The notes beneath the pieces are model-generated. The model worked only from the letters and a program-made list of their open reading frames with translations, was not told the DNA's origin and searched no databases. A stretch of 61,426 bases of DNA, the filler included. It is 7 parts of 7 records of this genome, joined end to end, with 100 filler letters (N's around TTAATTAATTAA, not from the genome) between each part and the next. Parts side by side here need not be neighbours in the genome. Positions count along the whole stretch, not along the records: positions 39,527 to 55,214 come from SRR31147125_33760; positions 55,315 to 61,426 come from SRR31147125_33766; 5 more parts are not named here. One strand, 5' to 3'. The translations under genes were made by a program, and so were the position numbers. This document shows, piece after piece, positions 53,705 to 61,426 of the stretch. Numbering within the stretch: position 1 is the first letter of the stretch; each line of letters opens with the position of its first letter.

Positions 53705-55078
53705 ATGTTTAACTCACATGAAATCCTTTCGACCATTGAAATGGTCAAAAACGAACACCTTGATGTACGTGCCGTCACATTGGGAATCAACTTGTTTGAC
53801 TGCATTAGTCATGACCTGTCGGTCTTTAAAAAGAATATTCGAGCCAAAATCATCAAAAATGCAGCAGAGCTGGTGACCGTCTGCGATACGGTTGGAGATA
53901 AATACGGTATCGATGTGGTCAACAAGCGAATCTCCATCAGTCCCATTGCTTTGGTTGGAGCGCCCTTTTCCGCTCCCCAGATGGTGGAGATTGCCCACAC
54001 CCTCAACGATATTGCAAGGGAGGTCAATATCGATTTTATGGGTGGATTTTCCGCATTGGTGGAAAAGGGCATTGCGCCGGGCGATCGGGCCCTCATCGAC
54101 GCCCTGCCCCAGGCGTTGGCTGAAACCCAGCGCCTTTGTGCATCGGTCAATGTGGCCACTACGCGATCCGGTATCAACATGGATGCGGTGTTGGATCTCT
54201 CCAAAGCCATTAAAAAAGCCGCAGCCCTCACCGCTGATGATGACGGGCTGGCCTGTGCCAAACTGTGTGTTTTTTCCAACATTCCCCAGGATATGCCATT
54301 CATGGCTGGAGCCTATTTGGGAGTGGGCGTGGCGGATGCGGTCATCAATGTCGGGGTCAGCGGCCCCGGAGTCGTCAAAAAAGCCATTGATCGGTCACTG
54401 GAAAAGAATCCGGTTCTCAGGTTGGGACAAATCGCGGAGATCATCAAAAACACGGCGTGCAAAGTGACACGGGTGGGTGAGCTCATCGGTCGGGAAGTGG
54501 CAGATACCCTCGGCATTCGATTCGGTGTGGTGGATCTCTCCCTTGCCCCCACCCCCACGGTCGGTGACAGCATCGGTGAAATTTTCCAGGCGTTGGGTCT
54601 TACCAGTATCGGTGTTCCCGGATCAACTGCCGCCCTCGCCATGCTCAACGATGCCGTAAAAAAAGGCGGTGCCTTTGCCAGCTCCCATGTAGGGGGAATG
54701 AGCGGCGCATTCATTCCGGTAAGTGAAGATCTCAATATTGCTGAAGCGGCCGACAAGGGGTATCTTTCCGTTGAAAAGCTGGAAGCCATGACCTGTGTCT
54801 GCTCCGTAGGACTCGATATGGTGCCCATCCCCGGTGATATCACCGAGGAAACCCTGGCCGGTCTCATCGCAGATGAGATGGCCATCGGCATGATCAACAA
54901 CAAAACCACCGCCACCCGCCTGATTCCGGTACCGGGTAAGAAAGCCGGCGAAAAGGTCTATTTTGGCGGGCTGTTGGGAGAAGCCAAGATTATGGATGTG
55001 CCCCATGTGTCGGGCCGGGACGGGTTTGTCAAATACGGTGGTCGGATTCCGGCACCCATCCACAGCATGAAAAATTAA
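53705..55078 (+). CDS. DUF711/UPF0210 (PFL-like fold) protein
   Basis: LDVRAVTLGI, NKRISISP, DLSLAP, KLEAMTCVCSVGLDM and GGRIPAPIHS. Confidence 0.93.
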   Translation: MFNSHEILSTIEMVKNEHLDVRAVTLGINLFDCISHDLSVFKKNIRAKIIKNAAELVTVCDTVGDKYGIDVVNKRISISPIALVGAPFSAPQMVEIAHTLNDIAREVNIDFMGGFSALVEKGIAPGDRALIDALPQALAETQRLCASVNVATTRSGINMDAVLDLSKAIKKAAALTADDDGLACAKLCVFSNIPQDMPFMAGAYLGVGVADAVINVGVSGPGVVKKAIDRSLEKNPVLRLGQIAEIIKNTACKVTRVGELIGREVADTLGIRFGVVDLSLAPTPTVGDSIGEIFQALGLTSIGVPGSTAALAMLNDAVKKGGAFASSHVGGMSGAFIPVSEDLNIAEAADKGYLSVEKLEAMTCVCSVGLDMVPIPGDITEETLAGLIADEMAIGMINNKTTATRLIPVPGKKAGEKVYFGGLLGEAKIMDVPHVSGRDGFVKYGGRIPAPIHSMKN

Positions 55079-55185
55079 TTGAGATGATTCGGCTTCATTC
55101 AAAATAAATGTCTAAAGGTCATTTGTTTTGGCGTGATTCCTTTAGGAATGGGCACGCAGAGCAATAACCTTCCCATTTGAGGGAC

Positions 55186-55210
55186 GGGGACAGATTAAAA
55201 ATCTGTCCCC
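55186..55210. repeat. Perfect palindrome, REP-like or terminator
   Basis: GGGGACAGATT-AAA-AATCTGTCCCC, 4 nt from the contig end. Confidence 0.65.
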
Positions 55211-55214
55211 TAAT

Positions 55215-55314
55215 NNNNNNNNNNNNNNNNNNNNNNNNNNNNNNNNNNNNNNNNNNNNTTAATTAATTAANNNNNNNNNNNNNNNNNNNNNNNNNNNNNN
55301 NNNNNNNNNNNNNN
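55215..55314. other. Artificial contig linker
   Basis: N44-TTAATTAATTAA-N44. Confidence 0.98.
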
Positions 55315-55315
55315 G

Positions 55316-55651
55316 GGGAGCGATGCCGTGAGCGCTTCTATTGAAGAGCGTCCGGGGCACTGGGAAAAACGGATCGATATCCGGGGCATGGTCGAGGAGA
55401 GTGAAATTGTCCTGGAGGTGGAGGACAGCGGCGGGGGGATCCCCGAAGTAGTGGCGGACAAGATTTTCCAACCATTTTTTACCACCAAGGAGGTGGGGAA
55501 GGGCACGGGGCTGGGCCTCTCCATCAGCTACGGCATCATTAAAGAGTGCAAAGGGGTGATCAAACTCAAGAACAGCTCGGAATACGGTACCATTTTTCAG
55601 ATTGTCCTCCCTTCGGCAGATGGCCCAATCAACGGACAGATCGAGGCATAA
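55316..55651 (+). CDS. Sensor histidine kinase, HATPase C-terminal fragment
   Basis: [13 protein letters not shown] and GTGLGL boxes. Confidence 0.9.
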   Translation, partial: GSDAVSASIEERPGHWEKRIDIRGMVEESEIVLEVEDSGGGIPEVVADKIFQPFFTTKEVGKGTGLGLSISYGIIKECKGVIKLKNSSEYGTIFQIVLPSADGPINGQIEA

Positions 55652-55662
55652 GGAGAAACGGC

Positions 55663-57333
55663 ATGGTAGATCGGAATATCAAACAAAAAGAGATTCTTCT
55701 TGTGGACGATGAAGAAGATATCCGGGAGGTGCTGAGCATCACCCTGGAGGATCTGGGGTATGATGTGCATACTGTAGAGAATGCCCATAAAGCATTGAAT
55801 TTGTTCGAGGGGCGGGAGTTTCAAATTGTGTTGACCGATATCAAAATGCCCGGCATGGACGGCATTGAGCTGTTGAAAAAAATCAAACAGACCTCTCCCT
55901 TTACCGAGGTGATCATGATCACCGGCCACGGAGACATGGATCTTGCCATAGAATCCTTTCGGAACGAGGCGGTGGAGTTCATCACCAAACCGGTGGATGT
56001 CACCAAGCTGGAGCGGGCCGTTCGGCGGGCCGAGGCCAAGATCGAGACCCGGCAGGGAGTGATGTCCTATACTCAAAACCTGGAAAATCTGGTTCTAAAG
56101 AAGAGCGAAGCCCTGAAACAGAGCCTTGACACACCGTTTCAGGATCAAAAAGAGATCACGGATATCATGGACACCCTGCACATGGTGATCTTTTTCATCG
56201 ATGATCACTATCGAGTGGGAACGGCCAACAACCTCTTTAAAGAGATGTTCGGAGATCCGGATGGCCGACACTGTTATGCCCTCTGTATGGGCCGATCCGC
56301 TCCCTGCAGCGAGTGCCCGGCCATGCTCACCTTTGAGGATGGAACGCCGAGGCAGGTGGAGCGTACCTTTGTCAATGCCGATCTTGCACGTGTCAATACG
56401 ATCGGTGTTTCTGAGGCGACATCGACATCCGCTGCCGATTCAGACACTCAGTCGCTGAATTACCTGTCCTGGTTCTCTCCCATTATGGACAGGCAATCCA
56501 AACGGGTATCCGAGGTGCTGATCATGGCCACAGATATCTCCAAGGTGATGGACATTCAGGATCATTTGACCTCATTGGGACTGATGATCGGGTCGGTCTC
56601 CCACGGCATCAAAGGGCTTTTGACCGGACTGGACGGCGGGGTCTATCTGCTCAATTCGGCCCTGAACAAGGATGATCAGAATCTGGCCCGGGAAGGACTG
56701 GACATGGTCAAGCAGATGACCACAAAAATCCGCAAGATGATTCTGGATATTCTCTATTACGCCAAGGAAAGAGAGTTGATATTGGAGCGCGTTTCGGCCA
56801 GCGCCTTTGCAAAAGATCTTGTCGCCACCATGAGTCCCAAAGTGAAAGCAAACGATATCCGGCTTACCACCCGTTTTCCGGATGAGGACATTACATTTCA
56901 GGCGGACCCGGCAGCGCTTCATGCCGCCTTGATCAATATGTTCGACAATGCCGTAGATGCTTGCGTAGAAGCTGCTGCAGTAAACAGTCATAAAAAGAGC
57001 GACACCCCTGACGATAATACTGGCGATGGCGATGCAGAGGTTTCAGGAGATTCTTCCGTCAAGGTCAAGTCTTCTGAAATTGTGCTTCAATGGGAGACGA
57101 AAAGTGGGGCGCTCTGCTTTGCCATTTCAGATAACGGTATTGGTATGGATCCGGATGAAATAAAAAAAGCCTTTACTCTATTTCATTCCGGTAAAGGTAA
57201 AAAGGGAACCGGGCTTGGACTTTTTATTGCAAAGAAAACCATTCAGCAGCATAGTGGACGCATTGATGTGACCTCAAAAAAAGGGGTCGGGACCTCTTTT
57301 TACGTCACACTTCCTTTAAACTTGGGTCAATGA
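55663..57333 (+). CDS. Hybrid receiver-PAS-histidine kinase
   Basis: LVDDE/TDIKMPG receiver, PAS with C..C..C..CP, SHGIKG H-box, DNGIG and GTGLGL; ATG after AAGGAG. Confidence 0.9.
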   Translation: MVDRNIKQKEILLVDDEEDIREVLSITLEDLGYDVHTVENAHKALNLFEGREFQIVLTDIKMPGMDGIELLKKIKQTSPFTEVIMITGHGDMDLAIESFRNEAVEFITKPVDVTKLERAVRRAEAKIETRQGVMSYTQNLENLVLKKSEALKQSLDTPFQDQKEITDIMDTLHMVIFFIDDHYRVGTANNLFKEMFGDPDGRHCYALCMGRSAPCSECPAMLTFEDGTPRQVERTFVNADLARVNTIGVSEATSTSAADSDTQSLNYLSWFSPIMDRQSKRVSEVLIMATDISKVMDIQDHLTSLGLMIGSVSHGIKGLLTGLDGGVYLLNSALNKDDQNLAREGLDMVKQMTTKIRKMILDILYYAKERELILERVSASAFAKDLVATMSPKVKANDIRLTTRFPDEDITFQADPAALHAALINMFDNAVDACVEAAAVNSHKKSDTPDDNTGDGDAEVSGDSSVKVKSSEIVLQWETKSGALCFAISDNGIGMDPDEIKKAFTLFHSGKGKKGTGLGLFIAKKTIQQHSGRIDVTSKKGVGTSFYVTLPLNLGQ

Positions 57334-57601
57334 AAGGGATGCTGCAATTGTCTGTATCATGTTTTTCGTATGAACAGTGTTTCATTAAAGTCGATTTACC
57401 GGGCGTTTACAAATTCCCTAATGAAATGGATAGATTTTTTGAAATAGACGTAATTGTCAGATAAAAAGTATATTCAATAAATTATTATATTGTTTGAATA
57501 TTATTTGACAAGGCAGGCAAGAGAATATAAAAATATTACTTTTGTCTGTTTTTTTATTTTGACAGGAATGGTGTATAAAAAGATTTATATCTTTCAAAGG
57601 T

Positions 57602-58267
57602 ATGGTTATTAAGGGGGGTTTGGTGAATCTTACAGGAAAAACCTTATACGACATCAGTGTCTCTTATGGGGATGAGTCCATCGACTATCCCGGAGATACG
57701 CGCTATTCATCCCAACAGATTGCATCCATGGAAAAAGGGCAGGGATTCAATTTGTCTCAGCTGATCATGAGCGCTCACTCCGGTACCCACATCGATGCGC
57801 CGTCCCACTTCGTGGCCGGCGGGACCGATATCGACCGGTTTTCCCCGGATCGGTTCATTCTGCCTGCTCAGGTGGTTGATATCCCCTCCAAGACTGCTGT
57901 CGAGTCTTCAGATTTAGCAGATGTTGAGATGATGTCCAATGGGGCCGTCCTATTTAAAACCGGAAATTCCACTACAGGGATCTGCCGGCAAGGCAAATTT
58001 GTGGAAGATTTTATTTATCTCACGCCCGATGCCGCTGATGTTTGCGTGGAAAAAGGAATTTCGATTTTGGGATTCGATTACATCACCATCGAAAAGTTCG
58101 GCGGAGCATCTTTTGACGCTCATCATAAACTACTCTCCAATGGAATTTTTGTGTTGGAGGGACTCGACCTCTCCAATGTATCGGAGGGCCGTTATACGTT
58201 GATCTGTCTTCCTCTGAAGCTTAAAGGCGTGGAAGCCTCACCTGTCCGCGCCGTTCTCATTCAATAA
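57602..58267 (+). CDS. Cyclase-family metal hydrolase (kynurenine formamidase-like)
   Basis: HSGTHIDAPSHF, H..LL..LE and PLKL..EASPVRAVL. Confidence 0.9.
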   Translation: MVIKGGLVNLTGKTLYDISVSYGDESIDYPGDTRYSSQQIASMEKGQGFNLSQLIMSAHSGTHIDAPSHFVAGGTDIDRFSPDRFILPAQVVDIPSKTAVESSDLADVEMMSNGAVLFKTGNSTTGICRQGKFVEDFIYLTPDAADVCVEKGISILGFDYITIEKFGGASFDAHHKLLSNGIFVLEGLDLSNVSEGRYTLICLPLKLKGVEASPVRAVLIQ

Positions 58268-58278
58268 GGATTCCGTAC

Positions 58279-59347
58279 ATGGATTCAAACCCGATATATC
58301 GAAGTATTTTGAATAGCATGACAGAGCAGGTCTATGTCCGCGATATGGACAAGAATCTGCTGTTTATGAATGCCGCTGCTGAGGATTTGACCGGGTGGAC
58401 ATTTGAAGACGCCCGTAAAAAGAAGTGCTACGAGGTATTTGGCGACGGTAAAGGAAGCTGTAAAAACACCTGTCCGGTGGACAGAGCCATTGAAAAACAG
58501 GAAACCATTGTCCACCATGAGGGAGAGTTGCAGTGTCGCTCCGGTAAAATCAGGAAGATGCAGGTTTCCATTACACCGATTTTGGAGAAAGAAAGCAATG
58601 CGGCCGCTGTTGTGGTGATGCAGGATATCACTGAGTTTCAAACCCTCCAGGAAACCCATGTCAAAACATTGATTGCCCTTGAAAATGAGGTGAAAACCCG
58701 AAGAGAGAGCGAGAGGATGTTGCAGAAGGCCAATGAAACCCTCATGCAAGAACGAGGGCTCTTTGTATCCGGGCCTGTGGTCGTTTTTCATCGGCTCAAT
58801 GAACCGGGATGGCCGGTAACGTACGTGTCATCCAATGTGAGATCGGTGATGGGATACAGTGCCCAATCTCTACTTGATGGAACGATACGATACACCGACA
58901 TCATTCATCCGGAAGATTTGAATCGGGTAGAGGAAGAAGTGCGTCATTTTACAGAGCAGAATCATAGCTACTTCGAACACATGCCCTACAGAGTGGTAAC
59001 GGCAGATGCCAATCTGTTGTGGCTGATGGATTATACAACCATCATGCGGGATGAGAATGGAAGAGCCACCGGATATTTGGGATACATTGTGGATATCACC
59101 CGGTGGTTTCACGTAGAGTTGGCGTTGAAAAAGAAGGAAAAGGTGCTTCGAAATAATGAAGAGCGTCTGTCGGCATCGTTAAGTGAAAAGAAACGCCTGC
59201 TGGAGGAGCTCCATGATCTGCGGGGTGATCATGACGGAGCTGGTGAGCGATGCGTTCCCATTCAGGAATGACGCAGATAATGAGAGGTGCGCAAAACAGT
59301 TAGAGCATATCTTGGTAATGGAGCAAAATACAGCGAATGGCGTCTGA
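58279..59347 (+). pseudogene. PAS-PAS HisKA_2-type kinase with deleted catalytic core (ORF 58279-59271)
   Basis: Two PAS domains, then EKKRLLEELH with no HRVKNN; another frame immediately reads ICGVIMTELVSDAF (N-box-like) to a stop at 59347. Confidence 0.7.
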
Positions 59348-59377
59348 CTTGACAAAGATCAATGCAGTGCCGTTCAG

Positions 59378-59403
59378 CGGCTATAGGGGGCACCCTATAG
59401 CCG
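59378..59403. terminator. Hairpin between convergent genes
   Basis: CGGCTATAGGG-GGCA-CCCTATAGCCG. Confidence 0.7.
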
Positions 59404-59410
59404 TTTCAAT

Positions 59411-60030
59411 TTAGTCGACCTCCACTGTGACGGAGCTCGTGGCGTTCATTTCCGGGTTATAGGTGTAGCCCTCTGCATTGATATTTTCTACAGATACGGA
59501 ATATGATCCATAATTGAAAATTGTGAACGTTGCCATGGCATTTCCGGATTCATCGGTTTGTACACTCATTTGTTCCAATGTCGTATCATCTAAGAGATGA
59601 AATCTCAGATCAATTGATGCGTTGGGAACCCCCATATCTTGGCTGTCCACAACCGTTAGATAGGCCGTCACTTCACTAAAACCGTCAAAGTGTTGAAACC
59701 CACCTTCCAGGCTTCCCATATAACATTCAGGTAAACTCTCTTCTACAAATACGATATCATCTCCAATTTCCCCATGACCGATAATGATCCCACCTTCAAA
59801 AACTTCCGATTCCGGATCGGGTATAGCAACAAACCTCCAGGTTGAGGGCATGGTGCCGGCTTGCCTCGTTCCTACCAGTCCCACGACAACACTATTGCCT
59901 GGGCCGGGACCGGGGCCTATTGCAACATTATTACCCAATTTGGGATTGACGTCCACTCCGGTGCCGCTCACACGGGATACCGTCCAATCAAACGTCCCGG
60001 CAACAGGTCTTATTTCTGTAATTTTTTGGG
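59411..60030 (-). pseudogene. Acidic beta-rich (Ig-like) protein, probably a 5'-truncated C-terminal part
   Basis: QTDESGNA..F..YGSYSVSV Ig-like pattern; frame stays open upstream of GTG 59971 with no ATG, RBS or signal peptide. Confidence 0.55.
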
Positions 60031-60081
60031 GAAAGGCCCGGAAAAAAACAGTACAATCCGTTGGTAAAAGGGATAGGGGGA

Positions 60082-60268
60082 TTGAGCATTAACGCACACC
60101 CACAAAAAATAAACCGGATAACACCCGAAGCGTACTTGGAGCGACATGCGGGTCAAGGTTCAAGAAATTGAATCCGGTGATTGTGAGTTGCTTCTCTCGG
60201 ATATCTATGAGCTGGTTGAGTTTGAAACTGCGGGTGAGTCCGAACAACCGGCAGAGCCGACCGCGTGA
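60082..60268 (+). pseudogene. Uma2-family endonuclease remnant with internal deletions
   Basis: ITPEAYLE (N-terminal), SDMRVKV (middle) and CELLLSDIYELVEF (C-terminal) motifs within 187 bp. Confidence 0.65.
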
Positions 60269-60271
60269 CAT

Positions 60272-60316
60272 AAAAAGGCCATGCAATTCCCTTCGGAAAT
60301 CACATGGCCTTTTTTT
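60272..60316. terminator. Bidirectional intrinsic terminator downstream of the thiolase
   Basis: AAAAAGGCCATG..TTCC-CTTC-GGAA..CATGGCCTTTTTT. Confidence 0.8.
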
Positions 60317-60384
60317 ATTCCATTCAGCGTGGGTCTGCTGGCTGTAACGCACCAGCAAGCACACCCTCTATATCAGATCTTCAA

Positions 60385-61425
60385 TTACAACCGCTCGAAA
60401 ATCGCAGCCGCCCCCATTCCGCCGCCAATACACATGGAGACGATGCCGTATTTACCGCCCACCTCTTTCAGGTTGGCCAGACAGGTGGCGGTCAGTTTGG
60501 CACCGGTACATCCCAAAGGATGCCCCAGAGCGATGGCGCCGCCGTGGATGTTGATTTTATCCATGGAATCCTCAAGGCCCAGCTCTCGGATACAGTGGAG
60601 GGCCTGGGAAGCGAATGCTTCGTTGATCTCGAAGATATCGATATCTTCCATCTTGAGACCGGCCAACTCCAACGCTTTGGGGATGGCGTATTTGGGGCCG
60701 ACCCCCATTTCATCTGATTTACATCCGACGCTGGTATAGGCGACCACACGTCCCATGGGTGTGAGTCCCAGCTCATCACACTTCTCTTTGGAAGCGATGA
60801 TGGTGGCCGCAGCCCCATCGGTGGTCTGAGATGAGTTTCCCGCAGTGACGCTGCCGGTCATGGAGAAGACCGTGCGCAGTTTACCCAGCCCTTCGGGAGT
60901 GGATTCCCGGATACCGTCGTCAATGGATACCGTGAAGGTCTCTTTTTTCACGGTGCCGTCCGGCTGCATCACGTATTTGTAAGCCGGTGTGGGAACGATC
61001 TCCGTGAAAAGTCCCTCTCTGGCGGCTTTGGCCGCTTTGGCCTGGGAGTCGGCGGCAAACTTGTCCTGATCTTCCCTGGAGACGTTATACCGACTGGCCA
61101 CATTCTCTGCGGTGATTCCCATGGAGACATACATCTCGGGGTTGGTTTTGGAGTACTCGGGATGGGGGCGGACCATATTGCCGGGCATGGGGACATAGGA
61201 CATGGATTCCACACCGGCGCCCAAGGTGATTTCGGACCATCCCATTTGCACCCTGGCCCATGCCAGGGCAATTGCCTCAAGGCCCGATGCACAAAATCGG
61301 TTCACGGTGGCACCGGAAACAGTGTCGGGGAATCCTGCCATTTTGGAGGCGATTCGTCCGATGTTCAGACCCTGCTCCGCTTCGGGGAAGGCACAACCGC
61401 ACATGACATCTTCAATATCTTCGGG
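60385..61425 (-). CDS. Thiolase (acetyl-CoA C-acyltransferase), 5' cut by window edge
   Basis: NRFCASG, NEAFA, GHPLG and CIGGGMG catalytic motifs. Confidence 0.95.
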   Translation of the reverse strand, partial: PEDIEDVMCGCAFPEAEQGLNIGRIASKMAGFPDTVSGATVNRFCASGLEAIALAWARVQMGWSEITLGAGVESMSYVPMPGNMVRPHPEYSKTNPEMYVSMGITAENVASRYNVSREDQDKFAADSQAKAAKAAREGLFTEIVPTPAYKYVMQPDGTVKKETFTVSIDDGIRESTPEGLGKLRTVFSMTGSVTAGNSSQTTDGAAATIIASKEKCDELGLTPMGRVVAYTSVGCKSDEMGVGPKYAIPKALELAGLKMEDIDIFEINEAFASQALHCIRELGLEDSMDKINIHGGAIALGHPLGCTGAKLTATCLANLKEVGGKYGIVSMCIGGGMGAAAIFERL

Positions 61426-61426
61426 G

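Noticed and set aside
59269..59271. TGA read-through (selenocysteine) extending the PAS protein
   Set aside because: An in-frame TAA follows after two codons and the kinase-like sequence is in another frame
60085..60270. Possible structured ncRNA downstream of the thiolase
   Set aside because: Better explained as a Uma2 coding remnant; no RNA family motif seen

Overview
This window is not one continuous locus. It is seven contig pieces joined by 100-bp N/TTAATTAATTAA/N linkers. Differences in base composition and gene style suggest several organisms, mostly Desulfobacterota-like plus one AT-rich contig, so a metagenome is likely. Contig 1 (1-8808): tctB-tctA, a Zn-dehydrogenase, a divergent LeuC/aconitase-like protein, a class V aminotransferase and an FAD/Fe-S hydroxyacid oxidoreductase, together an unassigned catabolic operon. 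Contig 2: DUF294 fragment, DEDDh exonuclease, alaS and the start of an atp operon. Contig 3: DtxR-feoA-feoB-TonB receptor with a palindromic candidate operator, tdh-kbl, ptsI and a GT-C/TPR protein. Contig 4: radical SAM, cobS-cobD-cbiB, glpR and a metal permease. Contig 5: KamA fragment and a TIM-barrel plus ABC transporter island, flanked by IS256/IS3 ends and hdrB, tctB and SDR debris. Contig 6: dinB end, cobalamin riboswitch with a TonB receptor and a secreted beta-propeller protein, a DUF2868/DUF3482 GTPase pair, orphan oleC, a membrane protein with DHH-CBS, and ACT plus DUF711. Contig 7: histidine kinases, a cyclase, three adjacent decayed genes and a thiolase. About twelve frameshifts, mostly in homopolymers and some in essential genes, look like sequencing errors. 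No tRNA, rRNA or CRISPR array was seen. Family assignments come from motif recognition only; no database searches were run.
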